Below are positions 47,081 through 55,737 of a stretch of 64,000 nt of DNA, in pieces. Position 1 is the first letter of the stretch. Each line of letters begins with the position of its first letter. Both the position numbers and the translations under genes were made by a program. Source of the DNA: an uncultured Cytophagales bacterium (GTDB taxonomy: Bacteria > Bacteroidota > Bacteroidia > Cytophagales > Spirosomataceae); contig CAWDMP010000001.1 of the NCBI GenBank assembly GCA_963803495.1, positions 18,417 to 82,416 on the forward strand, written 5' to 3'. The notes under the pieces are model-generated. The model was not told the DNA's origin and searched no databases. It saw only the letters and a program-made list of their open reading frames with translations.

Positions 47081-48557
47081 GGAAGAAAGCGTTTTAGAGC
47101 TGAATGACAAGCAGGCCGACTTTACGGAGGCGGTTTTGTACGATTTGACGGCGGAGGGAACCAAGACGGCGGCGATGATCGGGGGCATCGGCTCGGGAAA
47201 ATCGGTCGAGATGGCGCTTTTGATGCAAAAGAGTATCGAGGAATTGCCCAGGGCAAAAGGTCAGTTTGCCTGTCTTTTCGTAACGCAATTTAAAAGGGCG
47301 ATTTTTCCAGGAGTCAAGTCGGTGTGGCGGGAGCACTTCGGCCTGGTCGAGTATGACTTCAAAACCGGCGAGGGCGACTATTGCTTGTGGCGGAAGCCGC
47401 CGGACGATTGGGATAAGCCCTACCAGGAGCCGGACGATTGGGCAAACTGTATCTCGTACCCGAATGGCTGGGTGATGGAGGTCTGCGCGTACAAAATGAA
47501 CGCGGACATCCACCGGGGGCGGAACGACGATTTCGCGTTTATGGATGAGGGGTTGCTTTTTCTGCGGGATTGGCTAAAAATTCTGGAAGGGCGTATCCGG
47601 GCTAACAAAGGGAAATTTGACTCGAATCTGCACTGGCTGGTGGCGATATTTTCGTCGCCGCCTTATGGGGCCACCGGCGAGTGGATGTTCGAGATTGAGG
47701 ACTTCATGATGGAAGAGCCTGACCGGTACCTTTTCATGCAGGTGACTACGATGGACAATATGGCGTTCCTGCCTAGCAACTTCGTGGCCAACCTGAAAAA
47801 GAAACTCACTAAGCTCGAGTACAATGTGGAGGTGCTTGGGCATAAGCTGTCGAAAATTCCCAAGGGATTTTATCCTTCTTTCGACGAGCATCGGCACATG
47901 GCCATCGACGACGAGGGCTTCTATGATTTGGATAAGGAGGTTGCGGCGGTGGTGGATTTCAACGCGCACTTCACCAGCTGCACGGTATGGCAGGACTATG
48001 GAAAGCCCCAGCACTGCGTAATGGATTGCTTCGTGCACGACCCATTCGCGGATATGACAATGGCCCAGAGCCTAGGGGTGGAGTTACTTGAAAGGCTGGG
48101 CTCTCACAGGAAGCGCACTATCCACATCACTGGGGATCGTAATGGGTTGAACGCGTCGGCTAACTCCAAGAAGAAGGCTGATGGTGCCTGGCAGACTATG
48201 TTCGATGACTTCGCTAAGGCGTTCGAGGATGCCGGGTGGGAGGTGATGCTCAGCCCACTCATGTACAATCCATTGAAGGACGAGGTGTACACCTTGATGC
48301 AGGGGATACTGAGTGAGACGAGAGACGATGGGCTGCACATGCGGTTCCATCCCACTCACGCGAAGAGCACTACCATATCGATCCAACGTACGCCCATCCT
48401 GCCTGACTACAAGAAGAACAAAGGCAGCGAGAAGACGGGCGAGAACCAAGAGTATGCTACTCACCTGTCCGACACCGTCGACTACTATGCCACCTGGCGC
48501 TGCCTAGGTGGGATGGTAATGAGCGGCGACATGGGCTTCGAGATTGACTTCCTCTAG
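47064..48557 (+). CDS. terL: Terminase large subunit
   Basis: Walker A GGIGSGKS, Walker B FAFMDEG, RNase H acidic residues VVDFN and HLSDTVDY. Confidence 0.92.
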   Translation: MSQSTEEESVLELNDKQADFTEAVLYDLTAEGTKTAAMIGGIGSGKSVEMALLMQKSIEELPRAKGQFACLFVTQFKRAIFPGVKSVWREHFGLVEYDFKTGEGDYCLWRKPPDDWDKPYQEPDDWANCISYPNGWVMEVCAYKMNADIHRGRNDDFAFMDEGLLFLRDWLKILEGRIRANKGKFDSNLHWLVAIFSSPPYGATGEWMFEIEDFMMEEPDRYLFMQVTTMDNMAFLPSNFVANLKKKLTKLEYNVEVLGHKLSKIPKGFYPSFDEHRHMAIDDEGFYDLDKEVAAVVDFNAHFTSCTVWQDYGKPQHCVMDCFVHDPFADMTMAQSLGVELLERLGSHRKRTIHITGDRNGLNASANSKKKADGAWQTMFDDFAKAFEDAGWEVMLSPLMYNPLKDEVYTLMQGILSETRDDGLHMRFHPTHAKSTTISIQRTPILPDYKKNKGSEKTGENQEYATHLSDTVDYYATWRCLGGMVMSGDMGFEIDFL

Positions 48558-48790
48558 GTCGGAGGAGGGGGAGGCGGGCTCGAGACCCTCCCCTCCTCCC
48601 TTTCAGATATTCAAAACTTTCCAAAATGGAAATTTCCAAAATGTGAAAGGGCGGGCCTTAAGTCGAGACTTGGCGTCGATTTTTTTTGATTCGAAAAGAC
48701 AACAGACAGACCGACAGTGGCTTGTCTGTTCATTCAGCTGACAAACAGTGCAACTTTTTAAAATAGCCCTCAAATTGCTGGTTTTGAGGA

Positions 48791-49060
48791 CTATTTTCTC
48801 TCTAATTTCAACAATCCACCTTCGGAATTGGATAAGTACTCGACGCTGTCGATCTCGACGATGGCCAAGTTCCAGAGGGTTTCTTTCACGATGATGCGGT
48901 TGGGGGATTTTTCCTGCTCGGTGGACGGAGGCGGGGTGGCCTGCTGGGCAGGTTCGTCGGAGCGGCGAGTGCAGGCGGCGGCTATGATAATTAGAAAGGA
49001 GAAGACGTAGCCAAAAGCGAAAGTTGTGAACATGAGTTTATGGTGTCGCTGAAAGTTCAT
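48791..49060 (-). CDS. Small membrane / lipoprotein-like protein
   Basis: Hydrophobic stretch ending IIIAAAC; last gene of the leftward operon. Confidence 0.5.
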   Translation of the reverse strand: MNFQRHHKLMFTTFAFGYVFSFLIIIAAACTRRSDEPAQQATPPPSTEQEKSPNRIIVKETLWNLAIVEIDSVEYLSNSEGGLLKLERK

Positions 49061-49177
49061 TTTCCAAAGATTATTCGGTGGTCACGGTGTTACCATGGTA
49101 AAATTAGACAGGGATCAGGCCGGGGGCCCAGCTGCTACGGGCGGTTTTTGGGGAAATTGGCTCGGAGCCGCCAAATA

Positions 49178-49480
49178 TTATTCTGAATCCATCTTTTGCA
49201 GGAATCGGCGAAATATCCTTATGTGAATTTTTTCTTCCCGGTTTTCTCTCCACTGCTGCTCTACCTTTTTCATGCACTCTTCCAGCTGCTCAGGACTGGG
49301 TGAGGGGGAGAAGCTTTTGCGAGTGCCGCGATTGAAGCGGTATCGATAGCCAAAAAACCACTCCTTCGTACGGAACATCAATGCGATATCGACAACGTCG
49401 ATGGAGGAGTTCCACTGATTTATCTCAAACCGGGCGTGGCGGCTGATGCGGCCGTTGGGGTATTTGTAGGGGAGGATCAT
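49178..49480 (-). CDS. Phage hypothetical protein
   Basis: 100-aa ORF in the leftward operon. Confidence 0.6.
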   Translation of the reverse strand: MILPYKYPNGRISRHARFEINQWNSSIDVVDIALMFRTKEWFFGYRYRFNRGTRKSFSPSPSPEQLEECMKKVEQQWRENREEKIHIRIFRRFLQKMDSE

Positions 49481-49899
49481 CTTAGCAGTTTTGAATTATT
49501 TAGTACACCAGGTATCGATTCGATGCTCTTCTCGGCGAGGGTGCGGCCGGACTCGAGTACCAGCCAGTCGGCGAATACCACGCGCGGGCCAAAAATTTTG
49601 ATGCGGGCCACGCGGGCTTTGGTGTCATGGTAGATCATCGTGGCGCACTGGCGGAGGGCGGCGTTGCGGTCGACATCTTTTTTTACGGGCAACACTGGCC
49701 ACGAAAGCTTGTAGTTGTCGCCTTCGACACGGTAGCCGAGCATGATGCCTTCTTTGCCGCCGGACTTGCCCACAATCCGGGTATCGTTAATTCCGCCAAT
49801 TCCTTCGATTAGCTTTTCGGTTTTGTCGAGCCAGGATTCTACGCCCGATTTGCTGGTTTTCCAGTAGGGGAGGGTTTCGGCGAATGGGAGGTTGATCAT
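49477..49899 (-). CDS. Phage hypothetical protein
   Basis: ATG 49899 (MINLPFAETLPYWKTS). Confidence 0.65.
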   Translation of the reverse strand: MINLPFAETLPYWKTSKSGVESWLDKTEKLIEGIGGINDTRIVGKSGGKEGIMLGYRVEGDNYKLSWPVLPVKKDVDRNAALRQCATMIYHDTKARVARIKIFGPRVVFADWLVLESGRTLAEKSIESIPGVLNNSKLLR

Positions 49900-49901
49900 A
49901 A

Positions 49902-50195
49902 TCAATAAAGTTTTTGAGCTGGCCAGGCCTTGGCCATAACCTTGGGTTTCTTTTTGGGATCGTAGTATGTTCTTCGCAGCAGGCATTCACCATTTTCTAC
50001 TACGCAATCGGCGGAATTGCCGGGAGTCGGTACAGAGTCGCGCGGACCTTTGATGCGTTCATTTCTCCATTTCGTAAAAAAATCGGCTAAGTCTTCCGGG
50101 CGGTATTCCCGCCCAGCTTGAAGAATGAAGACGTTCATGACTTCCAACCAATGCTTGTTCAGTGTGTGTATTGGGGCAATGATCTTGGTATTCAT
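49902..50195 (-). CDS. Phage hypothetical protein
   Basis: Likely start MNTKIIAP at 50195. Confidence 0.55.
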   Translation of the reverse strand: MNTKIIAPIHTLNKHWLEVMNVFILQAGREYRPEDLADFFTKWRNERIKGPRDSVPTPGNSADCVVENGECLLRRTYYDPKKKPKVMAKAWPAQKLY

Positions 50196-50220
50196 GTGAT
50201 CAAGTGGTTTTTGGTTTTTT

Positions 50221-50592
50221 TTAAAATATAGTTGCTTGGGTGCCGCCTTCATGGCAGCGGAACTCGACTTTTTGCCCGGTCAGAACGATGATGCGCTTAC
50301 CGCAGTAGGCTTTCTGGCCTTGGTAACCTGGCGAGCTTTTTACCTGTGCATGACGGTCGTGGTACCATTGCGGTTGTAGGTCTCCCTCGTATTTTTCGAC
50401 GTCGACTACCTGGTTGCCCCAGATTTCGTAGATGCCCCGAATATGGTCGCTTATGAAGCCGTGGGTGACGTATTCCTGGCCAAGTACTCGTGTCGTGCCT
50501 CTGACCTTGTCGTTAGTGAGTTCCTGGCAGGAGTTCTTCTTTCTCAATTCGTCGAACTTAGGACGGTCGACGTAAATTATTTCTCTATCCAT
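50221..50592 (-). CDS. Phage hypothetical protein
   Basis: 123 aa, overlapping neighbours. Confidence 0.6.
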   Translation of the reverse strand: MDREIIYVDRPKFDELRKKNSCQELTNDKVRGTTRVLGQEYVTHGFISDHIRGIYEIWGNQVVDVEKYEGDLQPQWYHDRHAQVKSSPGYQGQKAYCGKRIIVLTGQKVEFRCHEGGTQATIF

Positions 50593-50965
50593 CGAGGGCT
50601 GATTTTTCGAGGGTGAAGAAATGAAAGTCGATGCGGGCCTTGGCCACGTCGGGCTTGAGGTTTCGCTTGTCGAGCTCGGCGTCGAGGCCCGACAGGATCC
50701 ACTGCTGCTCGGGCAGTATCTTCTCCTGCTGCCAGCGCCGGTGCAGCAACCGGGCTACCGAGACCGGGATGCTGTAGAGGTAGGCGTTGGTCCTGAGCCG
50801 GCGGCCAAGGGTGGTGCATTGCTGCACGATCCTGAGCTCGAAGTCGGCCAGGACGAGCAGCTCGTCCTGGGCCTGGGGATGCTTGGCCAGTCGGGCAGCC
50901 TGGCTGACGTAATTGCGAAGCTGCTGAGCTTCGTAGTAGGTGAGGCGGAGTTTAATTGGGTCCAT
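50585..50965 (-). CDS. Phage hypothetical protein
   Basis: Real start MDPIKLRL at 50965; the 259-aa track ORF is over-extended. Confidence 0.6.
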   Translation of the reverse strand: MDPIKLRLTYYEAQQLRNYVSQAARLAKHPQAQDELLVLADFELRIVQQCTTLGRRLRTNAYLYSIPVSVARLLHRRWQQEKILPEQQWILSGLDAELDKRNLKPDVAKARIDFHFFTLEKSALDG

Positions 50966-51237
50966 TAGTCGTCGTAGTCGTTTTTCTCGCAGTAGTAATC
51001 GTTGGGATCGGCCACGTGGCGGGCCGCGCGCGCTTCGGCGAACCACTCGTCGCATTCCTCGGGATCGTCGGCGGGGGTGGAGGTGTCGGGAATGTAATCG
51101 TGGTAGATCACCTCGGTACCCAGGAACTCGACGGCGTACTGTATTTTGAGATCTTCTCCCTGGGACTGTCTTTCGCCGCAGCGATCGCAGATGATGGCCA
51201 GCGCTTTCCCTGCCTTGCCTGTAATCAGATTGCCCAT
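50965..51237 (-). CDS. Small acidic Cys-containing hypothetical protein
   Basis: CDRC motif; 90 aa. Confidence 0.6.
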   Translation of the reverse strand: MGNLITGKAGKALAIICDRCGERQSQGEDLKIQYAVEFLGTEVIYHDYIPDTSTPADDPEECDEWFAEARAARHVADPNDYYCEKNDYDD

Positions 51238-51243
51238 GATTGG

Positions 51244-51504
51244 TTATTTGACGGTGAATACTACCTCGCCCTGTGAGTTCTTGACTTCCAGGACCGGCGA
51301 GCTGGTGTTTTGGAAGGCGACGGCAGTACCGGTGTTGCGGTACTTGTCGCGGGTGAGTTTCCACTCGTCGAGATGGGCCTCGAGGTAGTCGGCGATCATA
51401 GCGAGGCGGTAGTTCTTGCGGGCCATGTCCTGGGCGATGCGGCGGAGGTGGGCTTCCAACTGCGTGGGCCGGGCCTTGGGGTTGGTGGTGAGGAATAGGG
51501 TCAT
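51244..51504 (-). CDS. Phage hypothetical protein
   Basis: Start MTLFLTTN at 51504. Confidence 0.55.
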   Translation of the reverse strand: MTLFLTTNPKARPTQLEAHLRRIAQDMARKNYRLAMIADYLEAHLDEWKLTRDKYRNTGTAVAFQNTSSPVLEVKNSQGEVVFTVK

Positions 51505-51749
51505 ATACCGTGAAAAATATTGTTCTGAAAACGGCCGATTTCCAGGGGTTGGCCTTTGTGATCGGTGCGCTGGAGGTCGTAGAAAATGGCCAGGTGAACG
51601 GTGTAGACCGTCCAATCCTTTACCATGCTTTTCAGCTTTTCGAGCTCGGTGACCTCCGAGCGGTAGGGAAGGCTGCGCTTTACGCAGGTTTCGTCGTTGG
51701 TGCCTTTGATCCAGGCTTTGAACTTTGCGTTTTCGTTTATCCAGGCCAT
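51501..51749 (-). CDS. Phage hypothetical protein
   Basis: 82 aa, directly after the replication gene. Confidence 0.6.
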   Translation of the reverse strand: MAWINENAKFKAWIKGTNDETCVKRSLPYRSEVTELEKLKSMVKDWTVYTVHLAIFYDLQRTDHKGQPLEIGRFQNNIFHGI

Positions 51750-51752
51750 AGT

Positions 51753-53144
51753 TTAACGGATGATTAGGGTGGAAACTTTACTGTCGAATTCGTCGAGGAG
51801 GGTACTGTCGCCGTATTTGCCCAGGCGATTGTGCCAGTATTGGTAGAGTTGGATGCGGTCGTAGTCGCGTCCGCCTTTCAGGCCGCGCGGGGCGGTACCG
51901 GACACGACCGAGTGGACGGCTCGGGCGAGCTGATCGGCCAGCATTTTTGTCTTGCGCTTGGATTTCGCCTGCTTGATCCACTCGTAGGTCCACCAGAAGG
52001 AGCCGCGCTTGTTGGTTCGCTTCTCGTCGAGGTATTGCTGGCGCGAAAAATAGAGCGGGGGGGGCAAAAAGCCGGTCCAGTGGTGTTTCTGGGCGTAGCG
52101 GAGGGCGTTGTCGAGCTGTTGGGTGCGGGTGAGGTAAAGCGTCGTGACCTGGTTGGGCGTCAGCTGGCCCATCCAGGAGCCGAACACTTCCCGCCAGACG
52201 AGCTTGAGCAGGCGGTTTTCGTAATCGGGGCCGATGTAATCGTTGGGCCAGAGCTCGTCTTTGGCGCGTTGCCAAAACTGCGTGGTGAGGTCTTTTTTGA
52301 GGTTTTGAAGCGCCTGATCGGGGTCGACGGGGTCGAGAGGCAAGACTTGTCGAGGTTGAGCAGGGCCAGGGATTCTTAGTTCCTGGCTGTTTCCTGCTCT
52401 CCCGTCGGCCTTTTCTTCATGTGTCTGGTGGTGACTTGTGCCGCCCAAATTTCTTATGATTTCGCCAACGCTCCGAAAGGCGCCGTTTTCGGCCGGAATC
52501 TGGCTCTTTTGCTCTTCGATCCCGGAGGCCTTTCCTATGTCTCCTTTGCCCTGATCGACAACCCGTGAATTTTGTGTTAGCGAAGCGGCAAAGGTGGGTT
52601 TCTCCCACTTCTCCACAAAATTCACACCGCTATTAGAAGATATTATAGATCTTTCTTGTGCCTCATATGAACTTATAGGCGGCAAATTTTGCCGTTGGTG
52701 GGGGGGCGAATCGGGCTCCGGAGTCGATTTTTCGCGTTTTCCCGGTTTTTCCAGTGCCCTGGCGATCGGGGGCTGAAAGTTATCCCCAAAGATGATCCAG
52801 GGGTGTAGCACCAGCTCGAAATCGTTCTGGCGGCCGTGCAGGATTTTCTGCACCAGCCCGGCCCGCTCCAACACGCTGATGCAGTTGTAGACCGTCCGCT
52901 CGCCGCAGCCCACCAGGGTGGCCAGCTCGCGACGGGTGGTGTAGCAGCTGGGGAGCTGGTCGGAGTCGGCCCAGGCGGGGAGCCTCACGACGCGCCTGGC
53001 TTCGGCGATGGCGAGTTCGGTGATGGTTCGGAGCATGGCGTAGCGGTTTTTGTCGATGTTGTTGCAGGCGTGGGCCTGCAAGGTGTTGTGGGCGTTGGTG
53101 GCGGCGTAGACGCGCCGGTAAACGGGTTGATCGGTGATGAGCAT
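51753..53144 (-). CDS. Putative replication initiator (winged-HTH N-terminus, disordered middle)
   Basis: TTRRELATLVGCGERTVYNCISVLERAGLVQK wHTH; position in the early operon. Confidence 0.7.
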   Translation of the reverse strand: MLITDQPVYRRVYAATNAHNTLQAHACNNIDKNRYAMLRTITELAIAEARRVVRLPAWADSDQLPSCYTTRRELATLVGCGERTVYNCISVLERAGLVQKILHGRQNDFELVLHPWIIFGDNFQPPIARALEKPGKREKSTPEPDSPPHQRQNLPPISSYEAQERSIISSNSGVNFVEKWEKPTFAASLTQNSRVVDQGKGDIGKASGIEEQKSQIPAENGAFRSVGEIIRNLGGTSHHQTHEEKADGRAGNSQELRIPGPAQPRQVLPLDPVDPDQALQNLKKDLTTQFWQRAKDELWPNDYIGPDYENRLLKLVWREVFGSWMGQLTPNQVTTLYLTRTQQLDNALRYAQKHHWTGFLPPPLYFSRQQYLDEKRTNKRGSFWWTYEWIKQAKSKRKTKMLADQLARAVHSVVSGTAPRGLKGGRDYDRIQLYQYWHNRLGKYGDSTLLDEFDSKVSTLIIR

Positions 53145-53225
53145 AAGCCTTGGTTGTGATTGAACGAAGCGTACTTTCCCTTACCCGCTTCGGATCGCTC
53201 CGCGCGGTGGACTATAGTCGCTTAA

Positions 53226-53311
53226 TGGTGATGGCCCCAGGGGTCGAACCCGGCTTCTGCTGCCCTCAGTGCACCACACACTCCCAGCAGAAGGGACCGC
53301 ATCCGGCCATC
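53226..53311 (-). ncRNA. 86-nt tRNA-mimic RNA (C4/CI-like antisense regulator candidate)
   Basis: Minus strand: GATGGCC / GGATGCGGTCC / CTTCTGCTG-22 nt loop-CAGCAGAAG / CCGGG-TTCGACC-CCTGG / GGCCATC-A-CCA. This gives a 7-bp acceptor, 5-bp T-stem with TTCGA loop, encoded CCA and a perfect 9-bp helix. Confidence 0.85.
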
Positions 53312-53362
53312 GTGTTGCGCACTGAGTATGCAGCGCGCGCCATGTATTATGAACCATCTACA

Positions 53363-53629
53363 TTATGCGTCTTCGTCGGGGGGCGGGTCAATGCCCTCGA
53401 TGAGCCGGAACAGCGCCTTATCGCGGCGGTGGAGCAGGGTTTGGTAGCGGCAGCCGTAGCGCCGCCAAGTGAAAAAGGAAGATTCGTTCCGGCACTCACG
53501 GACGGCGTCGGACCAGATCGTGTAGGTAGCCAACTGCACGTCGGAGGGGTTCCAATGCCCTTCGAAACTGGCGCAGTAGGCGTCGGCCCAGGCGCGGCTT
53601 TGGCGCATTGTTTCGCTGTTGTGTTTCAT
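53363..53629 (-). CDS. Phage hypothetical protein
   Basis: 88 aa; ends 51 nt upstream of the tRNA-like RNA. Confidence 0.6.
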   Translation of the reverse strand: MKHNSETMRQSRAWADAYCASFEGHWNPSDVQLATYTIWSDAVRECRNESSFFTWRRYGCRYQTLLHRRDKALFRLIEGIDPPPDEDA

Positions 53630-53634
53630 AGTAG

Positions 53635-53904
53635 TTAGGCTTTGAGTCGGTCGATTTCATCGAAAAATTGTTCAACGGCCGCGAAGGCGGCGGCGGCGGT
53701 GGGGTAGCCGGTGAGCAGCAGGTCGTCGGGCTGGCCAGGCTGGCGAATGGCGGCGTCCCAGGCGTCGGCGAAAGGGTAAATAACGGCCGACAGGCTATAT
53801 TCCTGGCGGGTCATGCCGTCGGCGGTTTCGGTTTCCCGGTGCTCGAGCAAAATCTTGGAGCCCGAATGAAAGCGGGAGTTGTGCCATTCGCGGGTGCTAG
53901 TCAT
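53635..53904 (-). CDS. Phage hypothetical protein
   Basis: 89 aa in an ATGA-coupled operon. Confidence 0.6.
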   Translation of the reverse strand: MTSTREWHNSRFHSGSKILLEHRETETADGMTRQEYSLSAVIYPFADAWDAAIRQPGQPDDLLLTGYPTAAAAFAAVEQFFDEIDRLKA

Positions 53905-54194
53905 ATCAGGCCGGGTTTGGGGTCGAGGCGTTGGAGCTTCAACCCGATGAATTCGCGGAGGCTGCCGTCGCGGTTGTAAAAATGGACGACGGCCAGGATG
54001 CGCATGTAGGCTGGGGGCCGAGGTGCGCGCCGCCAGGTCGGATCGTGCTGCACGTGAATGAGGCTCAGGTATTCGCCTTCCTGGACGGGCCGATCGAATA
54101 CTTCCCGGTGGGCCAGGTCGAAGACGGGCTCCAGCGTGAGGAACCGCGTGTGCTGGCGCTCGGTGGGGCGGAAGCGGTGGGTGGCGCTATTCAT
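53901..54194 (-). CDS. Phage hypothetical protein
   Basis: 97 aa in an ATGA-coupled operon. Confidence 0.6.
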   Translation of the reverse strand: MNSATHRFRPTERQHTRFLTLEPVFDLAHREVFDRPVQEGEYLSLIHVQHDPTWRRAPRPPAYMRILAVVHFYNRDGSLREFIGLKLQRLDPKPGLI

Positions 54195-54480
54195 TGGGCG
54201 AGGCGGTTGTTTTGTACACTTCGGTCACTTCCAGGCTCAGGGCCAGGTAGTCGCGATCCAGGAAACCGGGGGTGGTGAGGCTGGTGGCCACGTCGGTGAT
54301 CAGGGCCTCGATGCACCAGCCGGTTTTTATCTTGCCGTCGGGCGTGGTCTGGGCGATGGTGAGTTTCTCGCCCGCCCTGACGTGGGAGGCGATGCTGCGC
54401 AGCATGGGGATGAAGCGGAGGCGACGCTCGTCGATGAGCTTCCATCGGTCGGGGCCTAGGGTGAGGGTGTGGTTAGTCAT
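54187..54480 (-). CDS. ASCH/PUA-like (DUF3850-like) protein
   Basis: HTLTL..W...V.AGEKL......KTGWCIEALITDV..GF...YLALSL pattern. Confidence 0.5.
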   Translation of the reverse strand: MTNHTLTLGPDRWKLIDERRLRFIPMLRSIASHVRAGEKLTIAQTTPDGKIKTGWCIEALITDVATSLTTPGFLDRDYLALSLEVTEVYKTTASPNE

Positions 54481-54484
54481 GGGC

Positions 54485-54859
54485 TCAGGCGTTCTTAGTG
54501 GCTAAGAAACTAGCCGTGACGGATACATCACCCGATCCGACACTCTTAATCTGTCTTATCTGGAAGACTATCTTTTCGAATTCCCAATACTTCTCGAATT
54601 CGTCTTCTTCTAGGTCGATTTCGTGAAGCCTAGATTTCCGGCTGGCGGATGGCACCTCCTGCGCTGGTTGCACCGTTGCCGTGCCCGGCCGATCGGCGAT
54701 GGCGATTACCTTAGCCACTTCTACGATCGTTGTTGCGAAACCTGAGGGATTCCCACAGATTTTTGGAATATCCTTTTCTGAACCTTCATAGCCAACTAAA
54801 CGGGCAGAAGCGACTAGGTACCTGGTACCTAGCTCGGTGAGGCGTTCGATTTCAGTCAT
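54485..54859 (-). CDS. Phage hypothetical protein
   Basis: 124 aa. Confidence 0.55.
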   Translation of the reverse strand: MTEIERLTELGTRYLVASARLVGYEGSEKDIPKICGNPSGFATTIVEVAKVIAIADRPGTATVQPAQEVPSASRKSRLHEIDLEEDEFEKYWEFEKIVFQIRQIKSVGSGDVSVTASFLATKNA

Positions 54860-55020
54860 GAGGCTTTAGTTTTTGAGGTTTCGAGATCGACGACGTAGTT
54901 GATGGTGTAGGTGCTCGAATCTTCGAGCAGGCGCAGGATTTCGCGCTGGGCCTGGGTGGCCGGGCCACGGCGGGGCCGGGCCGGGGCCGGGTGGCCCTGG
55001 GGAAAGGTGATTGTGTTCAT
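54856..55020 (-). CDS. 54-aa hypothetical protein below the ORF-track cutoff
   Basis: Manual translation MNTITFPQGHPAPARPRRGPATQAQREILRLLEDSS..; ATGA overlap with 54485-54859. Confidence 0.5.
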   Translation of the reverse strand: MNTITFPQGHPAPARPRRGPATQAQREILRLLEDSSTYTINYVVDLETSKTKAS

Positions 55021-55200
55021 TATTATCAAGTGGTTGGTTGGTGGCTTTCTGGGGGCCTCGCACCATGATGGCTAAGCGCACTCCGGTGTACAGGAGGCCG
55101 AGGCTTAGCAGTAGTTCGGCGGATTCTAGCATGGTGCGAGGGGTATTGGTTGAGAATTGGGAAAAGCTTCGTTTTTTTAGCAAAAATTCATTGACTTAGT

Positions 55201-55737
55201 ATGGCTGCCAATACGGATTCTATCAAGGCGAAACTTGACGAGGGCTTTCGCAACGAGCGGTGGACGGCCGTACCCGTCGAGCCCCACCTGGGCTATCTGA
55301 TGACCATCTGCCGCTTGCGGGGCAACAAGACGGGGATCACCCAGGCTCTGTTTGGCGATACGCCCTCCGGCTCGGCCTACGGGCAGGAGATATGGGCACG
55401 GCTCAACCTGCTCGTAAAACTCAACCTGCTGTTCGTAGAGCGCGACTTTCAGCGAGTCGTCGACTTCCACGTGCATCCCGATCTGCCCAGGGTGATGCAG
55501 GCTATGCACCCGACTTTGTATTCCGGACTGGAAGGCCAGCAGCCCAGGGCTCAAGTGATCCACCGCATCGAGGTAGGTGGGCCAATACGAAGCCTGGAAG
55601 ACGGGGGCCGCTTTCGGCTCGACGAAAGCATTACCCTCCAACACAGCCGCACCTACCAGTTCAAAATCGAGGCTCAGCCCGACGGCAGCCGAGTGATCAC
55701 GATCGTTATGTTGGACAGGCCGCCGGGTGGTCGGTAG
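55201..55737 (+). CDS. Hypothetical protein on the opposite strand within the early operon
   Basis: 178-aa ORF convergent with 55706-56278. Confidence 0.65.
   Translation: MAANTDSIKAKLDEGFRNERWTAVPVEPHLGYLMTICRLRGNKTGITQALFGDTPSGSAYGQEIWARLNLLVKLNLLFVERDFQRVVDFHVHPDLPRVMQAMHPTLYSGLEGQQPRAQVIHRIEVGGPIRSLEDGGRFRLDESITLQHSRTYQFKIEAQPDGSRVITIVMLDRPPGGR

Noticed and set aside
49128-49144. Minus-strand CCGCCCGTAGCAGCTGG resembling a tRNA 5' end
   Set aside because: No T-arm, acceptor partner or CCA follows.
51851-51860. 10-nt complement of the RNA's linker (GGATGCGGTC) inside the rep gene
   Set aside because: About 0.1 such matches are expected by chance in the prophage and it lies in coding sequence; not sufficient evidence of a target.
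53226-53311. Calling the element a functional tRNA-Pro(TGG)
   Set aside because: No U8 or D-arm, a 9-bp helix instead of a 5-bp anticodon stem, and the putative loop TGTGGTG lacks U33 and purine 37. It is kept as a tRNA mimic.
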